Positions 8,769-17,023 are shown, counted from the first letter of the stretch. The stretch: DNA of 46,830 bases from Nanobdellota archaeon (GCA_034722435.1 JAYENX010000010.1:1-46830); one strand, 5' to 3'. Numbers and translations: made by a program. The notes: generated from the letters alone by a model not told the origin.

Positions 8769-9938
8769 ATGGGAGATTTTGCTAAATTAGGTTTGAAAAA
8801 AGAAATTTTAACTGTTTTAGCTAGATTGAAATTTAATGAATCTTTTGAAGTGCAAGAGAAAATAGTGCCTCTGGCATTGAAAGGTAAAAATATTGTGTTT
8901 ACATCTCGAACAGGTAGTGGGAAAACATTAGCGTATCTTTTAGGTTTTTTGGGTAAGATTAACAAAAAGCAAGGTATACAAATGATAGTTTTTGTGCCTA
9001 CGAGAGAACTTTGTATTCAAATTGGTAAAGAATTACAAAAAGTATGTTCACTTTTAGGGATTAATGTCGGGATGCTTTATGGGGGTAGAGATGTTCCTGG
9101 CGATTATAGGACTATAAGTAAAAAAAATCAAATTATAGTGGGAACTCCTGGAAGATTTCTTTTGCATGTGAACGAAAAAAAGATTAAAGTTGGAAATGTT
9201 AAATATTTAGTTTATGATGAATCTGATCAAATGTTGGATCAAGGATTTTATGAAGATTGTATTTATATCAAAGATAGGGTAAGTAGAGATGTACAAATTA
9301 TATTTTCGTCAGCAACCATGACTGATAGAGTTAAACGTTTTATTAAGAATGAGATTGTTGATTATGAATTGTTAAGGATTGGCGAGTTAATTCCTAAAAA
9401 TATTGTACAAGAAAAATTGTATTGTGAAAAAATCGAAAAAAATGAAATATTATTGAACCTATTTTCAAAACGTAAGTTTAAACGTGCAATGGTATTCTGT
9501 AATACGAAGTTAAAATCGTATAATATTTCTGAATTTTTACAAACAAATAAGTTTAGTTCTAAATCTTTGAATAGCGACTTTAAGCAAGCGGAAAGGTTGC
9601 AGCATCTTAATTTGTTTAAAGAAGGGAAGGTTCAAATTTTGGTTGCAACAGATGTTGCTGCTCGGGGGCTTCATATTGAAAAGGTTGATATAGTGGTGAA
9701 TTATGATGTTCCTACAAAGGAAGAATATTATGTGCATAGAATAGGTAGAACTGGACGAATCGATGAGCAAGGATATTCTTTAACATTTATATGTCCTGAA
9801 GATGTAGATCGTTTTTATAATATTGAGTTTACGTATAAATTGGATGTTGCAGAGATTGGTAAGAATTTGAAGATTGTTGTAGTTGATAAAAATAAAGAAA
9901 AAGGAGAAAAAGAAAATAAACTGAATGAATTAAAGTAA
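8769..9938 (+). CDS. DEAD-box RNA helicase (motif II reads DESD)
   Basis: Q motif, SRTGSGKT, PTREL, TPGR, DESD, SAT, ATDVAARG, HRIGRTGR. Start set at ATG 8769 (MGDFAKLGL). Confidence 0.9.
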   Translation: MGDFAKLGLKKEILTVLARLKFNESFEVQEKIVPLALKGKNIVFTSRTGSGKTLAYLLGFLGKINKKQGIQMIVFVPTRELCIQIGKELQKVCSLLGINVGMLYGGRDVPGDYRTISKKNQIIVGTPGRFLLHVNEKKIKVGNVKYLVYDESDQMLDQGFYEDCIYIKDRVSRDVQIIFSSATMTDRVKRFIKNEIVDYELLRIGELIPKNIVQEKLYCEKIEKNEILLNLFSKRKFKRAMVFCNTKLKSYNISEFLQTNKFSSKSLNSDFKQAERLQHLNLFKEGKVQILVATDVAARGLHIEKVDIVVNYDVPTKEEYYVHRIGRTGRIDEQGYSLTFICPEDVDRFYNIEFTYKLDVAEIGKNLKIVVVDKNKEKGEKENKLNELK

Positions 9939-10049
9939 GTAAATAAAATAAGTAAAATGAATAAAATAAATAGAATAACTGAAATAAATTGAGTAAACAA
10001 AACAAAGTAATCAATACATTTATTAAATTCCTTTTTAATTATATTTCTT

Positions 10050-10739
10050 ATGAAAGATTTTGAATTTATGTTGGCGCCGATGGAGGATCAAGCTGGTCCG
10101 GAATTTAGAGAGTTATGTTATAATAAAGGTGCAGATTCAACATTTACTGAAATGGCGAGGATATCCGCGTTAGCCAGAGGTAATAAAAGTACTTTGGAAA
10201 GAATTGATATTCCTAAATCTGTTCCTACTTATATTCAATTGATAGGGTCTAATGAGAAAGATTTGGATAAATTTCTACAAAAATTTGTTTTACAAAAAGG
10301 ATTTTTGGGGTTTAATTTGAATTTGGGTTGTCCGAGTCCTAATATGGTTCAAAAAGGGCTAGGTTGTGCATTGATTAAAAGAATAAGTAAAGTTAGAAAA
10401 ATGGTTGAGGTAGTGAGAGACCATAATTATCCTGTATCTATAAAGTTAAGATTGGGAATGAATAAATATGAGAAAGAAAAGAAAGTATATCTTAATTTGA
10501 TAAATGGAGTAGATGCAGATTTCTTTATAGTTCATGCAAGACACGGTAAAGAGACTTATAGAAATCCTGCAGATTTTAGTGTTTACAAAGAATGTGTTAA
10601 GACGAACAAGGTTATTATTGCAAATGGTGATATTAAGACAAAAGAACGGATAGAATATTTGAAATCAATTGGGGTAAAAGGTGCGATGATAGGTCGTGCA
10701 GCGGTAATAAATCCTGATATTTTTAATAGTTTAAAGTAA
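10050..10739 (+). CDS. dus: tRNA-dihydrouridine synthase family protein (short, catalytic barrel only)
   Basis: APM, TEM, LNLGCP, SIKLR, HAR, IANGDI, GAMIGRAA. Confidence 0.85.
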   Translation: MKDFEFMLAPMEDQAGPEFRELCYNKGADSTFTEMARISALARGNKSTLERIDIPKSVPTYIQLIGSNEKDLDKFLQKFVLQKGFLGFNLNLGCPSPNMVQKGLGCALIKRISKVRKMVEVVRDHNYPVSIKLRLGMNKYEKEKKVYLNLINGVDADFFIVHARHGKETYRNPADFSVYKECVKTNKVIIANGDIKTKERIEYLKSIGVKGAMIGRAAVINPDIFNSLK

Positions 10740-10818
10740 ACTTATTTCTCTCGGGCTGTTGTTGTCCTCTTTTAGTGGTTACAAAAACGAAACATTTAAA
10801 TACTGGTAAATCTATATT

Positions 10819-11166
10819 ATGTATATGAAAAATGACCAATTTCACGAAATTCCTTTAAAATATGGAAAGACTGATGAAGTAAATTTTCCCGATATGCCTG
10901 GAAATAATTATTTTTGTGTTGGTTATAATCAAAAATATGGGCTTGTAGATGTTATGGAAGGCGATGGAAATCCAGTTTTTGAAGGAAGAATCAATATTGA
11001 AAATTTATTGTCGCAAAATCGGTTAGAAAAATCTCAAATTGTTGATTCGCGGGTTGAAGATTTTGTAATGAGCTCTTATCGTAATTTGAGAGAGGAACAA
11101 AAAAATCCTTATAAACGTGTTGACCCTTCAAAACCTGTTTTAGAGTGTTTGTCTTATAAAGGTTAA
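10819..11166 (+). CDS. Hypothetical protein (115 aa)
   Basis: ORF with upstream TTTAAATA box; no recognised motif. Confidence 0.55.
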   Translation: MYMKNDQFHEIPLKYGKTDEVNFPDMPGNNYFCVGYNQKYGLVDVMEGDGNPVFEGRINIENLLSQNRLEKSQIVDSRVEDFVMSSYRNLREEQKNPYKRVDPSKPVLECLSYKG

Positions 11167-11286
11167 ATTGTTTAAAAATGAACTATTTATCACATACCTT
11201 TTTAAATGACTGGAAAAATAACAATATTATTGCTTATTTTACGTTGATTATATGATATTATTTGAAATATTATATTAGAAAAAATT

Positions 11287-12816
11287 ATGTTAGAAAAAAC
11301 AATGGAAGAATTCAAACAATTAGGATTATCGGATAATGTAATTGAAGTATTGAAAAAGAAAGGTTTTACTAAACCTACAACTATCCAAGTTAAAGTTATT
11401 CCTTTACTTTTGGAAGGAGAGAAGGATGTAGTTGGTCAATCTCAGACAGGTACTGGAAAAACTGCTAGTTTTGCACTTCCAATTCTTGAAAGAATAAAAG
11501 AACGTAGTAAAACAGTACAAGCTATTATTTTAACACCTACGAGAGAATTGGCTCTTCAAGTATCGCAAGAAATTGATTCATTAAAAGGGAATAAGAATAT
11601 TAGAATTCTTTCTGTTTATGGTGGTGCTTCAATTGGACCTCAAAGACAAAAACTTAAAGATGGTGTTGATATTGTTGTTGGAACTCCTGGACGGGTAATG
11701 GATTTACAACGAAGAAGATCTTTGAAACTTGATGATATTAAATATGCTGTTCTTGACGAAGCAGATGAAATGTTGAATATGGGTTTTGTTGAGGATATTG
11801 AAACTATTCTACAACATACGCCAAAAGATAAGAAAATGCTTTTATTTTCTGCAACTATGCCGAAACCGATTCTTAAGATTGCTAAAAGATATATGCATGA
11901 ATATGAATTTATTGAGGTTGAAAAAGCTCATGTTGTAACTAAAAATGTTGAGCAAATATATTATGATATTAATCCTAAGGATAGAGTTGAAGCTCTTAAA
12001 AGAATAATTGATAATAATCTTGATTTTCATGGAATTGTATTTTGTAAAACAAAAGCTGAAGTTGATGTTTTGTCTAATCAATTAGTAAAAATGAGTTATG
12101 GTGTGGCGGGACTTCACGGAGATATTGCTCAAAATCAAAGAGAGAAAATTCTTCAACAATTTAGAAAAAAACATGTTAATGTTCTTGTTGCTACCGATGT
12201 AGCTGCTAGAGGGATTGATGTTAATGATTTAACGCATGTTATTAATTATTCTTTGCCTCAAAGTCCACAGTTATATGTACATAGGATAGGACGTACAGGG
12301 AGAGCTGGTAAAAAAGGAATTGCTATTACATTTGTAATTCCGTCTGAGAAAAGAAAGTTAGTTTTTGTTGAAAGAACTAATAATTGTAAACTTATAAAAC
12401 AAAAACTTCCTTCAGCAAAAGATATTATCAAACATAAAGAAGCTCAAATTAAAACTATAATTAAGAATATTATTGATGCAACTGCTGGTAAAGCGTCGAA
12501 GTATAAATTAATGGCAAAAGAACTTTTAGAGGAACATGATTCGCATGAAGTCGTTGCGGCAGTTTTAAAATATAGTTTAAAACATGAATTGGATTTTAAT
12601 AGTTATAGAGATATTTCTGAACCTAAACCATCAAGACATTCTTCAAATTCGGGTAGAGGTGGTTTTAGAAGAGGTAGGTCAAGTCGGTCTGGTAAATCTC
12701 GTTCTAAAAATAGGTCTAATGGTGATAGGTCTGAGAAAAAAAGATATTCTGGTAGTAGGTCTAAAAAAGGTAATAATTCTAGAAAATCCGGTTCTAGACA
12801 TAAAAGAAGAAATTAG
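11287..12816 (+). CDS. DEAD-box RNA helicase (DeaD/CshA-like) with a basic Arg/Ser-rich tail
   Basis: QTGTGKT, PTRELA, TPGR, DEAD, SAT, HRIGRTGRAG; C-terminal RGGFRRGRSSRS tail. Confidence 0.95.
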   Translation: MLEKTMEEFKQLGLSDNVIEVLKKKGFTKPTTIQVKVIPLLLEGEKDVVGQSQTGTGKTASFALPILERIKERSKTVQAIILTPTRELALQVSQEIDSLKGNKNIRILSVYGGASIGPQRQKLKDGVDIVVGTPGRVMDLQRRRSLKLDDIKYAVLDEADEMLNMGFVEDIETILQHTPKDKKMLLFSATMPKPILKIAKRYMHEYEFIEVEKAHVVTKNVEQIYYDINPKDRVEALKRIIDNNLDFHGIVFCKTKAEVDVLSNQLVKMSYGVAGLHGDIAQNQREKILQQFRKKHVNVLVATDVAARGIDVNDLTHVINYSLPQSPQLYVHRIGRTGRAGKKGIAITFVIPSEKRKLVFVERTNNCKLIKQKLPSAKDIIKHKEAQIKTIIKNIIDATAGKASKYKLMAKELLEEHDSHEVVAAVLKYSLKHELDFNSYRDISEPKPSRHSSNSGRGGFRRGRSSRSGKSRSKNRSNGDRSEKKRYSGSRSKKGNNSRKSGSRHKRRN

Positions 12817-12847
12817 AGACTTTTTTTAAAATTAAATAAAAAATATT

Positions 12848-12979
12848 TTAATCGTCTTTTTGTGTTTTATCAATTCTTATTTGACATTCGTCACAATAAT
12901 ACTTCTTTGATTCGCTTTTAGGTACTACAAATCTTTTTTTACATAATCTGCAGTATTTTACTATTTTATAATCTACCAT
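12848..12979 (-). CDS. 43-aa zinc-ribbon microprotein (CxxC-x15-CxxC), not in the ORF track
   Basis: Hand translation MVDYKIVKYCRLCKKRFVVPKSESKKYYCDECQIRIDKTQKDD; ATG 1 nt after the stop of the upstream ORF. Confidence 0.75.
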   Translation of the reverse strand: MVDYKIVKYCRLCKKRFVVPKSESKKYYCDECQIRIDKTQKDD

Positions 12980-12980
12980 T

Positions 12981-13142
12981 TTATCTTCGTTTTTGACGTC
13001 TTTTATAATTTGATTCTGCTTCTAAATCTGTAGAACCGCATTTTTTACATACTAATATTGTAGTTGGTTTAGATTTTTTACCATGAGAATAGTTTCTGTG
13101 CGATTTAATGTCTGTTCCTTTACATTTTTTACATATCATCAT
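12981..13142 (-). CDS. 53-aa basic zinc-ribbon microprotein (CxxC-x24-CxxC), not in the ORF track
   Basis: Hand translation MMICKKCKGTDIKSHRNYSHGKKSKPTTILVCKKCGSTDLEAESNYKRRQKRR; ATG 2 nt after the stop of 13145-13366. Confidence 0.75.
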   Translation of the reverse strand: MMICKKCKGTDIKSHRNYSHGKKSKPTTILVCKKCGSTDLEAESNYKRRQKRR

Positions 13143-13144
13143 TT

Positions 13145-13366
13145 TTAGTACCTCGGAGTTTTATGTTTTGCGTAACAGTTTCTGCAGTAAACAGGTCTTC
13201 CTTCTTTTGGTTTGAAAGGAACTTCGCATTCTTTTCCGCAATCTGCACATTTAGTTTTATGCATATCTCTAGGAGCTGAGTTAAAGCTTCTTTGGTTAAA
13301 ACTGCTAAATTTACTGAAATCTACTGAGCCTGTATCACGTCTATTTTTTCGATTGTTTCTTTTCAT
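13145..13366 (-). CDS. CxxC-x17-CxxC domain protein
   Basis: MHKTKCADCGKECEVPFKPKEGRPVYCRNCY, the typical family signature. Confidence 0.85.
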   Translation of the reverse strand: MKRNNRKNRRDTGSVDFSKFSSFNQRSFNSAPRDMHKTKCADCGKECEVPFKPKEGRPVYCRNCYAKHKTPRY

Positions 13367-13631
13367 TTTAAAGGTTATTATCTGTAATCGGAATATTTTA
13401 ATTCGAATCGTATAAATTTAAATTATAAGCTAAGATAAAAATATTTTGATTATAATTAATAGAAAACAAACTTTCTTTATAAAGGCTTCTGTTTATTGAT
13501 GAATTCATAGTTTTTAATCTTAAATTATTTTTAATAAATTACAGTAAATGAATGTTTAATTATAAAAACTGTTAATTTTAATTGTTTTAAACGGTAAGAA
13601 CTTATTTAAGTAACTGGATTTTTAATTGTTT

Positions 13632-14189
13632 ATGCAAGTTAAGAATCCTAGAAAAAGAAATTTGAAAATATTTACTTTATCTAATTCATTAATGGCTTTT
13701 GCTTTTGGATTATTTGGGCCATTTTATTATCTTTTCATTAACGATATTGGTGGATCTATAGAAAATTTTGGAATTGCGGCTGGTTTAGTTGTTTTATCAG
13801 GTGCTCTGGTTTCTCTTATTGCTGGAAGATATTCTGATAAGTTCGGTAGAAAACCATTTTTAATTTTAGGTGGTTATGCTTCTGCAGTACTTGTTTTTCT
13901 TTATACTATTATTGGATCAATTTGGCAATTATATTTGTTACAAATTTTGAACGGTTTTATTGCTTCTATTTTTGCAACATCAGAACGGTCTTTTCTTGGT
14001 GATATTACTGAAAAGGAAAGTAGAGGCGCGGATATTGGGAAATATGATGCTTTTATTGGAATTGCAGAGGCTATAGCAATTTTTGCAGGAGGTTTTTTAG
14101 CGGGGAGATATGGTTTCGAGATTGTATTCTACATTGTTTCAGTAATTTTTATTATTACTACAACAATAATGTTAAAATTGAAAGAATGA
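13632..14189 (+). CDS. Half-size (about 6 TM) MFS-type transporter
   Basis: MFS motif A GRYSDKFGRK, about six hydrophobic segments, clean stop. Confidence 0.8.
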   Translation: MQVKNPRKRNLKIFTLSNSLMAFAFGLFGPFYYLFINDIGGSIENFGIAAGLVVLSGALVSLIAGRYSDKFGRKPFLILGGYASAVLVFLYTIIGSIWQLYLLQILNGFIASIFATSERSFLGDITEKESRGADIGKYDAFIGIAEAIAIFAGGFLAGRYGFEIVFYIVSVIFIITTTIMLKLKE

Positions 14190-14262
14190 ATAAAAATAAA
14201 AAATGATTTTAATGATTGAATGTTTAGATAAACTTATTAAGTAGTAGAGATTAAATTACAAT

Positions 14263-14466
14263 ATGTATTCCAAATTGAAGAAATTAAAAAAGCATCATCA
14301 ATTGCTTTATTCCTTATTAATTGCAATAGGTATTGTTGCAATTTGGCGAGGGGTATGGATGCTTCTTGATCTTTATTTTTTTTCAAATAATCCTGCAATA
14401 AGCGCTTTAATGTCTTTAATTATTGGTTTGTTGATTATTTTTCTAACTCATTATAAACTTTCTTGA
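14263..14466 (+). CDS. Small 2-TM membrane protein with a WRGVWxLLD motif
   Basis: 67 aa, two hydrophobic helices, upstream AT-rich promoter. Confidence 0.7.
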   Translation: MYSKLKKLKKHHQLLYSLLIAIGIVAIWRGVWMLLDLYFFSNNPAISALMSLIIGLLIIFLTHYKLS

Positions 14467-14486
14467 ATTTGTTTTTTTAATTTAAT

Positions 14487-14510
14487 ATTATTATTATTAT
14501 TATTATTATT
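14487..14510. repeat. (ATT)8 microsatellite, intergenic
   Basis: Eight exact ATT units. Confidence 0.85.
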
Positions 14511-14554
14511 TAGTTTTCAAAAGATTTATTAATTATAACATAATTTTGTTTATT

Positions 14555-14962
14555 ATGACGGAAAGACCTAAGATAGGAGTAGGGGTAATAGTAATTAAAG
14601 ATGAAAAAGTTCTTCTTGGTAAAAGGATGAATGCTCATGGTGAAGGGTCTTGGTGTTTTCCAGGTGGACATCTTGAATTTAATGAAGAAGTTCAGGATTG
14701 TGCAGCTCGTGAAGTTAAAGAAGAAAGCGGTATAGAAATTAAAGATATTCGGATGGGTACTTTTACTAATGATATATTTGAAAAAGAAGGTAAACATTAT
14801 GTTACTTTATTTGTAATCTCGGATTATCATTCTGGCGAAGTTAGAGTTATGGAACCTGAAAAATGTGAAAAATGGGAATGGTTTGAGTGGGATAAGTTGC
14901 CTCAACCTTTATTTGTGCCAATACAAAATTTGTTGAAACAGGGATATAACCCGTTTGAGTGA
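14555..14962 (+). CDS. NUDIX hydrolase (NUDT15/MutT-like)
   Basis: Nudix box GGHLEFNEEVQDCAAREVKEESG; RPKIGVGV N-terminus; ATG at 14555. Confidence 0.9.
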   Translation: MTERPKIGVGVIVIKDEKVLLGKRMNAHGEGSWCFPGGHLEFNEEVQDCAAREVKEESGIEIKDIRMGTFTNDIFEKEGKHYVTLFVISDYHSGEVRVMEPEKCEKWEWFEWDKLPQPLFVPIQNLLKQGYNPFE

Positions 14963-15028
14963 TTGTTTATTTATTATTTTATAATTAACTTATATCTATT
15001 TTATATTCATCTTATATTTATTTTATAT

Positions 15029-15859
15029 TTATCTTATAATATGAATAGTTTTAGTATTTATGTATTTTAAGTTTGATTGAAGTAATTGAAATATGTTTTG
15101 TATTTTTGCTCCGCCTGCATGACCTATTTCTTCATTGTTTTTAAAGCTGCCATATGTGGCTATTCCTGCGAGTTCTCCGTTAGTTGTTGTGAATGCTCCT
15201 CCACTGAAGCCAGGGACCGAATATGCGTCTGTTAAATAAGTGTCAGTTACAAGTTTTCCATCATTATTAATCATTCTAGCATTATGTTTTGTTTTTATTA
15301 TTTTGCCATATTGATTATATGGTGTTCCATTTCTTATACCAAATAATTTAATTGCGTTATTAACTTCTAATTCTTTTTTTAAAATTTTAAATTTTATAGG
15401 TTCAGGTTTTTTGAAATTTATTGCTTTAATAAGTGCGATGTCGTATTCAGGCATGAATGCGTATGTTGTGATGTCTATTGGATAACTATTTCTTTGTTGA
15501 TCAATGATGTAATATCTGTCGAATATGAAATTTAATGTTCCTGTAGTTATTTTATCTTTAGGCATTCCGTGGTTAATGTTGTGCCAATCGTCTATGTAAG
15601 ATTCAATATTGTGGTATGCTGTAAGAATGAATCCATCTGTTGTTAATAGTAGTCCAGTTCCTGAACTTTCGTCTTCTATTCCGAATTTACCGTTAGATAA
15701 TTTCTTTAACTCTCTACTGGAACTGTTTACAATAATTAAGTTATCTGAAATATTTTTTTCTGATTCTTGTTTTGTTAATTCTTGGGATTCATAATCTTTC
15801 ATTGCTTTTTCAAGAGCAAGTATACTTTCTAATCCTGTTTGAGAAGTTCCAAGTATCAT
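15029..15859 (-). CDS. Trypsin-like (S1) serine protease
   Basis: GTGLLL..ILTAYH (His), DIALIK (Asp), PGFSGG (Ser). Confidence 0.8.
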   Translation of the reverse strand: MILGTSQTGLESILALEKAMKDYESQELTKQESEKNISDNLIIVNSSSRELKKLSNGKFGIEDESSGTGLLLTTDGFILTAYHNIESYIDDWHNINHGMPKDKITTGTLNFIFDRYYIIDQQRNSYPIDITTYAFMPEYDIALIKAINFKKPEPIKFKILKKELEVNNAIKLFGIRNGTPYNQYGKIIKTKHNARMINNDGKLVTDTYLTDAYSVPGFSGGAFTTTNGELAGIATYGSFKNNEEIGHAGGAKIQNIFQLLQSNLKYINTKTIHIIR

Positions 15860-15941
15860 GATTGTTTATAGGAGAATCAAATTTATAATATCTTTTCAAG
15901 AAATGTCCCGATTGTTCCGAATTTTCATACATTAAATGTGC

Positions 15942-15966
15942 TAATTGCGGAATTATTCCGTAATTA
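15942..15966. promoter_or_regulatory. 25-bp near-perfect palindrome TAATTGCGGAATTATTCCGTAATTA
   Basis: 12-bp arms match 11/12 around a 1-nt centre; between the tbp stop and the protease promoter. Confidence 0.4.
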
Positions 15967-16004
15967 TTTGTAAAAGTTGTTTTTCTTATATATTTATATA
16001 TATT

Positions 16005-16547
16005 TTATTTCACGTTTACTTTTTTTAGATTTTTAATTAATTGTTCAACGCATTTGTTCATTTCTTCTTCGTTTTTTGTACCTGTACAAACTATTTTTCC
16101 GTTAGAGAATAAGAGGAAGCTTGCGGGATGTGGTTCTTTTATTTTGTATACTAAACCTGGAAATTGTTCTGGTTCGTATTCTGTATTGCTAAGTTTCATT
16201 GTAAGTTCGTTTAAGTTAAGATCAAGACCTAATGCACCCGATCCTACTAGGTTTTGAATTTTAAGTGTTGGTTTGATTGTTATCTTAACATTTAGTTTTT
16301 TGAGATTGTCAATAATCTTAAGAACTGATTTATTTGCATCTTCTATTGTTTTTGCACCTGCGCAAACAACTTTACCTGATGAAAATAATAAAGCTGATGA
16401 TTTTGGTTCTTTGATTCTCATTACTAGTCCTGGGAATTGTTCTGGGTTATACTCTACGTTAGATAATGTAGATGCGATTTTTTCTAATTGTAATTTATGT
16501 TCTAAATCTGTCGTAACTACTAAATTTACTACTTTTATATTTGCCAT
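16005..16547 (-). CDS. tbp: TATA-box-binding protein
   Basis: Two repeats YNPEQFPGLV / YEPEQFPGLV and LLFSSGKVVCAG / LLFSNGKIVCTG; start ATG 16547 after a GAGAGG RBS. Confidence 0.97.
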   Translation of the reverse strand: MANIKVVNLVVTTDLEHKLQLEKIASTLSNVEYNPEQFPGLVMRIKEPKSSALLFSSGKVVCAGAKTIEDANKSVLKIIDNLKKLNVKITIKPTLKIQNLVGSGALGLDLNLNELTMKLSNTEYEPEQFPGLVYKIKEPHPASFLLFSNGKIVCTGTKNEEEMNKCVEQLIKNLKKVNVK

Positions 16548-16695
16548 TTTAAAACCTCTCAAATATCCTGAATTTATGTATTTTAAATAAGAAACCACAG
16601 CTAACGATAAAGGTTTCGGTTTTTGTTTGATAATTATTAAAAAAAAAGAAGTGAGAAAAATAAAAAAAATATTGGATATCTTAAAGAATTATGAT

Positions 16696-16893
16696 TTATT
16701 CTTCTGATTTGCTAACATTAACCGCTTTTGGTCCTCTGTCGCCTTGTTCTACATCGAATGTAACTGAGTCGTTATCTCTTAAAATAACGCCGTCATTCAA
16801 TCCAGTTTGATGAACGAAATATTCATTTCCGTCTTCACCAGCGATGAAACCAAAACCTTTCATGTCATTGAAAAATTTTACTGTTCCTTTCAT
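16696..16893 (-). CDS. cspA: Cold-shock protein (Csp family)
   Basis: MKGTVKFFNDMKGFGFI (RNP1), YFVHQTG (RNP2), GPKAVNV; GGAGG RBS. Confidence 0.93.
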   Translation of the reverse strand: MKGTVKFFNDMKGFGFIAGEDGNEYFVHQTGLNDGVILRDNDSVTFDVEQGDRGPKAVNVSKSEE

Positions 16894-16897
16894 TGTT

Positions 16898-17023
16898 TTA
16901 CCTCCACACTATATTGTGAATTTGATTTTTATATTTATCACTATAGGATATTTTAGTATGTCTATCATTAATTATAGATATTTGACATAATTTACAATGT
17001 TTTGTTGTTTTGTGATTATCCAT
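16898..17023 (-). CDS. 41-aa upstream ORF of csp; degenerate paralogue of the 43-aa zinc-ribbon microprotein
   Basis: MDNHKTTKHCKLCQISIINDRHTKISYSDKYKNQIHNIVWR; its stop TAA falls between the csp GGAGG and ATG. Confidence 0.5.
   Translation of the reverse strand: MDNHKTTKHCKLCQISIINDRHTKISYSDKYKNQIHNIVWR

Noticed and set aside
9936-10014. A-rich degenerate AATAA/AGTAA repeats and two short minus-strand ORFs
   Set aside because: Irregular low-complexity intergenic DNA with no constant repeat or spacer length, so not CRISPR; the ORFs are F/L/Y-rich artefacts
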